From positions 1,556-65,555 of the forward strand of contig JBDTXR010000002.1 of NCBI GenBank assembly GCA_040006075.1: DNA of 64,000 nucleotides, in the 5' to 3' direction. This DNA is from Byssovorax sp. Lineage in GTDB: Bacteria > Myxococcota_A > Polyangia > Polyangiales > Polyangiaceae. Made by a program: the position numbers and the translations under genes. Under the pieces are notes generated by a model. The model searched no databases and was not told the origin of the DNA. It worked only from the letters and a program-made list of their open reading frames with translations. Shown here piece by piece: positions 42,301 through 49,299 of this stretch (positions within the stretch are counted from its first letter, which is position 1; each line of letters begins with the position of its first letter).

Positions 42301-43851
42301 ATCGATCGCGAAGTTCGAGAACACCACGCCGGGGAGCTTGTAGAGCGAGGAGTGCTCCAGGCCGTTGATGATGAAATCGCCGTGGATCACCGCCTCTTTC
42401 ACGCCCATGCGGTGCGCCTTGCGGGGATCCGACACCGGGTGATCGAAGATCTCGAACCCATGAGTGGAGACGCTCATCGGCCCTTCCAGCAAGAGCGGGC
42501 TCAGCGTCCCCCGGAGGTGCTCGAAGCGCCCGTGGTCGAAGCTCCAGCTCACGTACGCCTGCGGGTGAACGCCGAGATCGCGCAGCAACGCCGGGAACTC
42601 CAGGCCTTCGAGGATCACCGGCCCGACCGCGAGCGGCACGCCCTTCACGAACGGCTCGAGCTTCACCTCGGGGATCGAGACCTTCCCGTCGGCCCAGAGC
42701 GCGACCATCTTCGACACCAGCACCGTGCCGCCCGCCGTGGTGGTGAGATCGAGATCGAGGTGCTTGGCGAAGACCTTCCCGTCGGCGCCGACGCCGTCGC
42801 CCGCGATGTGCCCGGTGAGGATCGGCAGCTTCGAAACGCCGTCGAAGTCGGCCTCGAGGTCGAGCGTGAGCGAGCCGGTGGCGTGCGGGATGCTCGCGAA
42901 GCGATGGGCGATCGACGCGGGGACCCGGGCGTGAATGCGCCCGCGCGCCTGGATCGGCCCGTCCTTCGGGAGCTCGACGTGCACGGCGCCGAGGCGGAGC
43001 TCGACCGCGCGAGGATCGGACTCCGCGAGCTGGCACGAGGGCGTGGTCCCGGGATCGGGATCGAAGTCGGCCGACCCCAGGAGCAGCAAGCGGCGCACGA
43101 CGACGCTGGTCCCCTGCACGCGGACGCGGGCGTCGAGGCGGCAGACCACGTCGTCGTCGACGGCGTCTTCCCAGCCCTCGCGACCCGGGAATTTGTAGGT
43201 CCGCGTCACCTGCGTCGTCCCGGCGCGCACCGCGATCTCGTAGGCCCCCTGATCCTCGACCGAGACGTCGAGATCGACCTCCTGGGTGTCGACGCGGAGA
43301 TCGTCGATGGTGGCGTCGATGCGCGCGTCGGTGATCGCGATCGACGCGAGCGGCGGCCGCGCGGGCCCGCTGGTCGGCGCCGCGGGAGCCGCCGCGTCGC
43401 CGCTCGAAGGGATCCGGTAGTGCAGGTTGGTGAGCTTGCCGTGCTCGATCACCGCGCGGATCCGCGGCCCGATGATCTCCACGTCGCCGACGTCGAGCTC
43501 GCCCGCGAGGAGCGAGAACGGCCGCGGCCGGATCGCCGCGCGCTCGACCTGCAGAAACGGCGTGCCCCCGTCCGACGCTTCGATCACCAGATCGTCGAGC
43601 GCGATCAGCATCGGCCAGGCCTGCACCGAGACCTGGTAGTGCGCGTTGAGCCCGAGCTCCGACGCCAGCAACGTCGAGGTCTTGCGCGCCGCCCAGGCCC
43701 GCACCGGCTCGGTCCGCACCAGGAACCCCAGCGCGAGCGGCACCGCCCCGATCAGCCCGAACAGCGCGCAGAGCACGAGCGCGAAGAAGCGGCCCCAGTC
43801 CCGTCGGGGGCGCCACCGCTGCGGTCGTTTCTTCGGCGGCGCCGGGGCCAT
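39388..43851 (-). CDS. tamB: TamB-like translocation and assembly module protein (AsmA/DUF490 family)
   Basis: ATG 43851 gives MAPAPPKKRPQRWRPRRDWGRFFALVLCALFGLIGAVPLALGFLV, an N-terminal anchor, inside ORF 39388..44046(-). It is a very long beta-rich protein. The C-terminus ...TVGKRITDNVRATVTTGITENREVRSSVEWRLNRKMSVQGSYDN...FRLRLEFE is typical of the TamB C-terminal domain. Confidence 0.8.
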   Translation of the reverse strand: MAPAPPKKRPQRWRPRRDWGRFFALVLCALFGLIGAVPLALGFLVRTEPVRAWAARKTSTLLASELGLNAHYQVSVQAWPMLIALDDLVIEASDGGTPFLQVERAAIRPRPFSLLAGELDVGDVEIIGPRIRAVIEHGKLTNLHYRIPSSGDAAAPAAPTSGPARPPLASIAITDARIDATIDDLRVDTQEVDLDVSVEDQGAYEIAVRAGTTQVTRTYKFPGREGWEDAVDDDVVCRLDARVRVQGTSVVVRRLLLLGSADFDPDPGTTPSCQLAESDPRAVELRLGAVHVELPKDGPIQARGRIHARVPASIAHRFASIPHATGSLTLDLEADFDGVSKLPILTGHIAGDGVGADGKVFAKHLDLDLTTTAGGTVLVSKMVALWADGKVSIPEVKLEPFVKGVPLAVGPVILEGLEFPALLRDLGVHPQAYVSWSFDHGRFEHLRGTLSPLLLEGPMSVSTHGFEIFDHPVSDPRKAHRMGVKEAVIHGDFIINGLEHSSLYKLPGVVFSNFAIDTPKSHVHTNVTLGFATLLDIELYDDTKIDFAEISPLIDIPVAGVASIKATGRGPFTHPKFTGDLSVKDFVFAGMPVGDIESSHVVFEPLVLDLIDAHIKHGGSKMRSAMTRIAFDKGPDVLVDGDLDTRDAPHVRVRDLFEIFHFDKDPRFTDIDATASGKARFHYVLGGKDDLCGGGVLEIKTAMDLSAVAMFGEHWEDGVAAVDLSWDDQAAGSSGMRIDVRSATLRKGSGSVLATATVRHGGVVRGTVIGSGIPISKLDVFGATGKLFDGSVSLVANLGGTLTDFETVADVDISRLRIGPSSLPPSRLRIAMAGTGKASAPVARTRCGNERSSAFDLAEYERDLSGGYFKINGSLFEGQVALDDVRITRQKRMVLDGRVRVTELDLGTLSNLIPGVAFASASPTGKLTASLDVKSLPLGAPQRGEMTLQIQRFELERDGNRVALAAASGPIVLAGDELTVPELRVTARAKAGLSATFVAGGKVHRVTTSPDVDIVARVEPINLAKLSADLDGVERAAGTVDANLRILGSPSALRYSGAGHLRKGDLNLKGVPLPIQDIDIDIDIAGGDARIKHASARIGGGTVEVAGRMPLRGPDAGAVSATITARGVKVPAAEGVTFTADADLEASYRPTSSSTNAARSLPDVKGNVSLTSFSYTKPMTLNASQLARPPRTAVNTYDPADDVVRFAITIVSPRPLRFTNNLIDMELSVVDPGLVLSGTNQRFGARGLLKILPDSKLQLRNNEFLVREGSVRFDDPLKIAPQVDVRAQTEYRRYASAAAEQSVSGADSSSGASSGSTQSGSGVWRITLNVHGDADDLKMTLASDPPLRQEDIVLLLTIGMTRAEIDRGEAVSSLGETVGLEALSALTGADKAVKKIVPIIDEFHFGTGYSSKTGRTEPTVTVGKRITDNVRATVTTGITENREVRSSVEWRLNRKMSVQGSYDNVNDVSSSAFGNVGADFRLRLEFE

Positions 43852-43990
43852 CCCGCGCAGCTTAGCCCACCGCGTCAGACAAGCGAATTGCGTGCGCCCC
43901 GGGGCGACGAGGAGGCGGACGTAGACGGGTTCGCGAACGTGGACGCGGACGACCTCCGGATCCGTCCGATTGCCTGTTTCGGCTCCTGGC

Positions 43991-45211
43991 TCAAAGAGGC
44001 GAGTCGGCCCCGGTCCCGAGAGGGGCCTTGGTATCCACGTAGCCACCCCAGATCAGGATCGATGAGCCGGTGTACACGCCAGTCGCGTTGCGCCGCGCCG
44101 ACAGGGCCGCTTGCGCGCCGACGGCGGTCCATTTCCCTCCACCGCTGGCCGGCGTGTAGCGCCCGCCGTCGGCGAGCAGCGTCGCGCAGCTATCGCCGCC
44201 GCACCCGCCCCAGACCACCAGCTCGTGGCCGGCCCAGACGCCCACGTGCTCGCCGCGAGGGGAGGGCGCGTTGGTGGTCGACATCGCGGTCCAGACGCCG
44301 CCTTGCCCCGGTGCAGCGCTGGAGAGCAGGCCTCCGGTGTTCTCGTAGGGGCCGCCGGTCCAGCCGCCCCACACCAGCAGCTCGGAGCCGGTCCACGCGC
44401 CGGTGGCGCCTTCGCGCGCGGACGGCGCGCCCTGGAGCGACGTGGCTCCCGTCCACGTTTTCGCGGTCGGATCGAAGATCGCGCCGCTGCTCTGCCAGTC
44501 GGTGAAGTTCGATCCACCCCAGAGGATCATCGCCTTGCCGCTCCACGCCGAGGCGGTCGAGAAGCGGGGTGACGGCGCGCCCGGCGCGGCGATGGCGGTC
44601 CAGGAGTCGCTCGCGGGATCGTAGATGCCGCCGGAGCCGACCGGCGTCGCGTCGGCGAGGCCGCCCCAGATCAGCATCTGGCTGCCGGTCCACAGCGCGG
44701 CGTGCGAGGTGCGCGGCGGAGGCTGATTGGCCGCGGCGATCGGCGTCCAGGTGTCGGCCTCTGGATCGTACGCCGCGCCGCCCGCCGCGAGCGTCGCGTC
44801 GCCGTAGCCGCCCCACACCAGCATCTTCGAGCCGGTCCACACCGCGCTGTGGAGGTAGCGGGGCGAGGGCGCGCCGACGGTCGACGTGGGCTTCCAGGTC
44901 TTGCTCGCGGGATCGTAGACGCCACCGGTGGCCGTCGTCGCGGGCTTCCCTGCGACGCGCCCGCCCCACACGATCATCGCCTTGCCGGTCCACACCGCCG
45001 AGTGAAAATAGCGCCCTGCGGGGGCGTTTTCGGTGGGGAGCGCCGTCCAGGCGATCGGCGTCTCGACCACGCTGCCGCCGGTGCCGCCGGTGGCGCCCGT
45101 GCTGCCATTGCTCCCGCCGCCGCTGCCGGTCGTCGTCGTCGTGCCTCCGCTGCTGCACGCGGCGAGCGCGGCGCCGAGGGCCAGCGCCGTGGTCACGAGG
45201 GCTCGCTTCAT
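43991..45211 (-). CDS. Kelch-repeat beta-propeller lipoprotein
   Basis: ATG 45211 (GGAG 7 nt upstream) inside ORF 43991..46504(-). Lipobox is GAALAAC. Seven blades are marked by (I/L/V)(V/L/I)WGG: MIVWGG, MLVWGG, MLIWGG, MILWGG, LLVWGG, LVVWGG and ILIWGG. Confidence 0.8.
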   Translation of the reverse strand: MKRALVTTALALGAALAACSSGGTTTTTGSGGGSNGSTGATGGTGGSVVETPIAWTALPTENAPAGRYFHSAVWTGKAMIVWGGRVAGKPATTATGGVYDPASKTWKPTSTVGAPSPRYLHSAVWTGSKMLVWGGYGDATLAAGGAAYDPEADTWTPIAAANQPPPRTSHAALWTGSQMLIWGGLADATPVGSGGIYDPASDSWTAIAAPGAPSPRFSTASAWSGKAMILWGGSNFTDWQSSGAIFDPTAKTWTGATSLQGAPSAREGATGAWTGSELLVWGGWTGGPYENTGGLLSSAAPGQGGVWTAMSTTNAPSPRGEHVGVWAGHELVVWGGCGGDSCATLLADGGRYTPASGGGKWTAVGAQAALSARRNATGVYTGSSILIWGGYVDTKAPLGTGADSPL

Positions 45212-45222
45212 GGCTCGTCTCC

Positions 45223-46599
45223 TCACTGGTCTGCGGGCAATCCCGTGACGATCGTCGTCGTCGCCGCGAAGCCGGGCCCGAGCAGCAGCGCGGGCGACTG
45301 CCCGCGCTTGTCGCGCTTCGCCTCGCGCGTCACCCGCGGGCCGGCCCACGTGGCCAGCTCTTGCAGCGTGATCTGGCCGTCGCCGTCGAGATCGGCGCGC
45401 GCGGTGCCCAGCCCGTAGGCGAGCCACCGCGTCAGCAGACCGCCGCCGTCGCGCGTGGATCCCGCGACCTCGGCGCTGGTCACGGCCGAGAGCAGCGCCA
45501 CGCGCGGCCCGAGCTCGGGATCGCTGATCACCCGCGGCGCGACGGCGTCGGCCGGCTGCGCCGATCGCTCGCCGGGGCCGGAGAACCCCGCGTCGACGAA
45601 GGCCACGACCTCGCGCGCGCGGGTCTGCGCCAGGGCCTGGAGCAGCGCGGGGAGCGAGACGCTGGTCTTCTCGAGCGCCGCGGGATCGCCGTCCTTCGGG
45701 AGCAAATACTCGGTGACGGTCTGGCGTCGCAGCGCGCCGCGACCGCTGAAATAAAGGTAAATGCGCCCCTCGCGGCGCACGTTGAGCTTGAGCCACTCCA
45801 CGTTGAGGTCGAACGCGAGCTTGTCGGCCTTGTCGCCGACGACGAGCTTGATGTGCTCCCGCGGGACGCCGAGCGTCCGCTGCGCGAGCGCGGCGAAGCG
45901 CTGCGCGTCGGCCACGGCCCCGGGGACGCGGCCCGCGTGATCGTAGGCCTCGACGCCGATCACCAGCGCGTACGCGTCCGGCTGCGGCGCGCCCACGACG
46001 AGCGCGCTCTCGACCGGCGCCGCGGCGATCGGCGGCGCGATCGTGACCGCGATCGCCGCGGGCGGCGGCGCGATCACCGCGGGCGGCGGCGCCTGCGCGG
46101 CGCGGAGCGCGCTCGACGCCAGGTGCTGCTTCGACTTCGGCTTGCGCAGCTCGCGGGTGAACGCCGCGAGATCCGCCGAGCGAAACGCCGCGTCGACGAG
46201 CTGATCGGCGATGGCCCCGTCGTAGTCCTTGCCGTCTTGCGGCGCGCTGGCGTCGAGCGTCGCCACGATCTTTCCGCCCGATTCCAGCGCGATCCTGGTC
46301 TGCACGCGCGCGTTGGTCTCGAGGCGCGAGCCGGGCACCGTGGTGATCCGCGCCACGAGATCGTGCGGCTGCGAGGGGTCTTCGAGGACGTTGAACCCCG
46401 CGCCGACCAGCGCGGTCTCGGTGGTGGCGCGCACCGCGCTCTGCACGTCGCGATCGTAGGCATCGGCGCGGACGCCCTCTTCCTGCACGACGAACGTCAG
46501 GCACGCCGAGATCGGCGCCGGCGCCACCGCCGGCAGCACCTCACGCTGGCACCCGGTCAGGGCGACGACCACGAGACACAGGACGGCGTTGCGGTTCAT
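45223..46599 (-). CDS. caspase-fold (peptidase C14-like) lipoprotein lacking the catalytic His/Cys dyad; C-terminal EF-hand-type loop
   Basis: ATG 46599 inside ORF 45223..47628(-). Lipobox is VVALTGC. YALVIGVEAYD starts the caspase-like domain. The expected YFSGHG is YFSGRG (R287, nt 45741-45739). The expected DACHSG is DAGFSG (G338, nt 45588-45586). DLDGDGQITLQE is a canonical DxDxDG loop. Confidence 0.7.
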   Translation of the reverse strand: MNRNAVLCLVVVALTGCQREVLPAVAPAPISACLTFVVQEEGVRADAYDRDVQSAVRATTETALVGAGFNVLEDPSQPHDLVARITTVPGSRLETNARVQTRIALESGGKIVATLDASAPQDGKDYDGAIADQLVDAAFRSADLAAFTRELRKPKSKQHLASSALRAAQAPPPAVIAPPPAAIAVTIAPPIAAAPVESALVVGAPQPDAYALVIGVEAYDHAGRVPGAVADAQRFAALAQRTLGVPREHIKLVVGDKADKLAFDLNVEWLKLNVRREGRIYLYFSGRGALRRQTVTEYLLPKDGDPAALEKTSVSLPALLQALAQTRAREVVAFVDAGFSGPGERSAQPADAVAPRVISDPELGPRVALLSAVTSAEVAGSTRDGGGLLTRWLAYGLGTARADLDGDGQITLQELATWAGPRVTREAKRDKRGQSPALLLGPGFAATTTIVTGLPADQ

Positions 46600-46679
46600 G
46601 GGCCTCGAGTCTCCTCCCGTCGCCCCCCGGGAGCGTCGCGAGGACGATACGCCGCGGAGCCCGGCGCCGACACCGGCAA

Positions 46680-47708
46680 TCAGTGCACCTGGTAAGTGGC
46701 CTTGAGCGGGGTGTGATCGCTCGCGTACTTGCTGGCGTCGTCGACGTTCTTCGCGTGCTGCAGCACCACCGACGCGGGGTCGAGCATCGCGTGGAGCGCG
46801 GGATTGGCCATCTGATGATCGATGAGCTCGAGCTTGCCCGAGAAATTGTAGCTGTAGCGCTCGGCCACGGCGACGGCGTCGGCGGAGTCGACGAAGAGCT
46901 GCGGCGCGGCGCCGGCCACCGCGAGGTAGGGCTTCGAGCCCGGCGTGTCGTTGAAATCGCCGGTGATGAGGATGCCCGCGCTGGGCTCCTTGACCAGGAG
47001 ATCGTCGGCGATCTTCCGCGTGTGCTGGGCCTCGGCGAGGCGCTTGTCCGGATCGTCGGGGGCGGCCTTGGCCTTGAAATGAACCCCGAGGACGATGATC
47101 TTGCGCTGGTTGAACGTGAAGTGAAGCTCGATGCAGTCGCGCGAGTAGCGGTATTGCGGCCCGTTGGTCCCGCTCTTCACGAAGAGATCGTCCTTGTGGC
47201 TGACGATGCTGTCGGGCGCGATCTTGCTGAGCACGCCCACGTCGATGCCGCGCGGATCGTTGCCCTGGACCAGGTACGTGGTCCCGTAGGCCGAGCCCAG
47301 CTCCGAGGTGTTGAGATCGTCGAGGATCGCCTTGTTTTCCACCTCGGCGAGCACCACGATGTCGCCGTTCAGGGCCTTCAGCTCCGCGCCGATGGTGACC
47401 CGCTTCTTCGCGTAATCGGCCGCGCTGAGGACGATCTCCCCCGTCAGCGTGGGGTCCTTCTTCGCGTCGAAATAGTTGTGGGTGTTCCAGTCGACGATGG
47501 TCAGGGGGACCGCGGGAACCGGGTTCCCGCCGGTGCCGCCCGCGCCGCCGCTCGCGCTCGTGGCCGTCGAGCTCGGCTCGCCCCCGGCGCCGGTCGTCGA
47601 CTGGCTCGTCGTTTCGCCCGATCCACACGCCGCGGCGAGCAGGAGCGAGGGCGCGAGAAAGAGGGCGGCGAGCGTCCCGCGTGAGCCGAAGGAAGACGAA
47701 CGGATCAT
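46680..47708 (-). CDS. endonuclease/exonuclease/phosphatase (EEP) family lipoprotein
   Basis: ATG 47708 inside ORF 46680..47912(-). Lipobox is LLLAAAC. Motifs are TIVDWNTHNYF, DIVVLAEVEN, VLGVHFKA, ITGDFND and the C-terminal SDHTPL. Confidence 0.75.
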   Translation of the reverse strand: MIRSSSFGSRGTLAALFLAPSLLLAAACGSGETTSQSTTGAGGEPSSTATSASGGAGGTGGNPVPAVPLTIVDWNTHNYFDAKKDPTLTGEIVLSAADYAKKRVTIGAELKALNGDIVVLAEVENKAILDDLNTSELGSAYGTTYLVQGNDPRGIDVGVLSKIAPDSIVSHKDDLFVKSGTNGPQYRYSRDCIELHFTFNQRKIIVLGVHFKAKAAPDDPDKRLAEAQHTRKIADDLLVKEPSAGILITGDFNDTPGSKPYLAVAGAAPQLFVDSADAVAVAERYSYNFSGKLELIDHQMANPALHAMLDPASVVLQHAKNVDDASKYASDHTPLKATYQVH

Positions 47709-47773
47709 CCTCGACAGGTACTCGTTTTCCCGCGCGCCAGGTAGCCCCGCCGCGCGATCTCCGTCGATTCGCG

Positions 47774-48208
47774 TCAGCGCAGCGGTCGCGCTCGATCCTT
47801 CGCTCGGTACGCTTGCCGGTGCTGATCGTGGCAGGACTTGCAGGCCAGGCGACACCCCTCGACGTCGCCGGCGCGGGCCGAGGCGGCGCCCTCGCCCGCG
47901 ATCGATTTCCACCCGGGATATCCCGGTGGATCGAGGCCCTCGATCCGATCGAAGAGCCGCGCGAGGACCTCGGGCGATCCCGAGATCAGCGCCGGCGTCG
48001 CGGTGCCCTTCATCCAGCTCTGGAGGGGACTCTCGCTCTCGCTCTTGATCGCGACGTCGGACGAGGCCGCGGTCGGCGAGCTCTGGGTCTCCGGGGAGGG
48101 CGAGCCGGATCGATCGGCGCAGCCGCAGGGCCCCGAGAGCAGCGCGAGCGCGCCGATCGTCGCGAGCGGCGCCCGGAGAAGGATCGCAGCGGATCGGTGA
48201 ATCATCAT
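47774..48208 (-). CDS. exported cytochrome c-prime-like (class II) haem protein
   Basis: Hydrophobic leader ...ATIGALALLSGPCGC. A single CxxCH lies close to the C-terminus (CKSCHDQHRQAYR), as in cytochromes c-prime. Its ATG lies 1 nt after the stop of the peroxidase gene (TGAGATGATG). Confidence 0.55.
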   Translation of the reverse strand: MMIHRSAAILLRAPLATIGALALLSGPCGCADRSGSPSPETQSSPTAASSDVAIKSESESPLQSWMKGTATPALISGSPEVLARLFDRIEGLDPPGYPGWKSIAGEGAASARAGDVEGCRLACKSCHDQHRQAYRAKDRARPLR

Positions 48209-48209
48209 C

Positions 48210-49295
48210 TCACCTCGTGGCCGACCCGGTCGCAGCGACGGGGTCTTGCGCGGCGTACGCGCTCGGCACCTCGCCGGTCAGCGACCGCAGCCAGACCACG
48301 ATTGATCCCACCTCGGCGCTCGTGAGGTCGAGCCCGAGCTGGTGCTTCCCCATCGCGTGAACGGCCCCCTCGAGCGTGGCCACCGATCCGTCGTGGAAAT
48401 AGGGGCCGGTGTTCGCCACGTTCCGCAGCGTGGGCACCTTGAACATCATCCGATCGGCGCCGGCGTGGGTGACCATCATCCGCCCGGTGTCGGCCTGGTT
48501 CGGCCACGGCTCCACCACCCCGACGCGCTCGAACATCGATCCTCCGAGCAGCGGCCCGGTGTGGCAGACCATGCAGCCCGAGTTGAGGAAGATCTTGAGT
48601 CCTTCTTTCTCGGGCGCCGACAGGGCACCTCGGTCGCCGGCGAGGAACCGGTCCCAGCGACCCGGCGTCATCAGCCCTCGTTCGAAGGCGCCAATCGCCC
48701 GCGCGACGTTGTCGAAGCGGATCGGCTCCGCCTCGCCGGGGAAGGCCTCGTGGAAGGCGCCTTCGTAGCCCGGCAGGGCCTTGAGCCGCGCCACCACCTC
48801 GTCGCCGCTGCTCATCCTCATCTCGCGCGGGTTCAGCAGCGGCCCTTTGGCCTGCTCCTCGACGTCGGCCGCTCGACCGTCCCAGAACTGCGTGAACGAG
48901 GCCGCGGCGTTGTACACGGTGGGCGAGTTGCGGCTCCCCCGCTGCCCGTCGAAGCCAATCGAGGTGGCCTGTCCGTCGACCCCGAACTGCTGGAGATCGT
49001 GGCAGCTGTTGCAGGAGAGATCGCTCTTCTTCGAGATCCGATTCTCGTGGAACAGCCGCCTTCCCAGGGCGATCTTCGCCGGCGTCCGCGGGTTCTGCGC
49101 CGACTCTAGGGCGGCGTCGATCGGCTGGAAACGCCGCAGCAAGCGGGGGTTGATCTCGCTCGACGCGTCGCCGGTCGCGCCGGGCGGCGGGGTCGGAGCT
49201 GGAGGAGGATCCTTGTCGGCGACCGACGCGCGGGCGCACCCCGCGAGGATCAGCGTGACGCCGACGATACCGAGTCCGAGTCTTCGTGAGAGCAT
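48210..49295 (-). CDS. di-haem cytochrome c peroxidase lipoprotein (canonical bacterial CCP type, paralogue 3)
   Basis: Part of ORF 48210..49319(-). ATG 49295 (MLSRRLGLGIVGVTLILAGC) is preferred, 4 nt after the kinase stop. CxxCH motifs are CNSCH and CMVCH. Also FWDGRA, VPTLRNVANTGPYFHDGSVATLEGAVHAMGKHQLG. Confidence 0.85.
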   Translation of the reverse strand: MLSRRLGLGIVGVTLILAGCARASVADKDPPPAPTPPPGATGDASSEINPRLLRRFQPIDAALESAQNPRTPAKIALGRRLFHENRISKKSDLSCNSCHDLQQFGVDGQATSIGFDGQRGSRNSPTVYNAAASFTQFWDGRAADVEEQAKGPLLNPREMRMSSGDEVVARLKALPGYEGAFHEAFPGEAEPIRFDNVARAIGAFERGLMTPGRWDRFLAGDRGALSAPEKEGLKIFLNSGCMVCHTGPLLGGSMFERVGVVEPWPNQADTGRMMVTHAGADRMMFKVPTLRNVANTGPYFHDGSVATLEGAVHAMGKHQLGLDLTSAEVGSIVVWLRSLTGEVPSAYAAQDPVAATGSATR

Positions 49296-49299
49296 GAGA

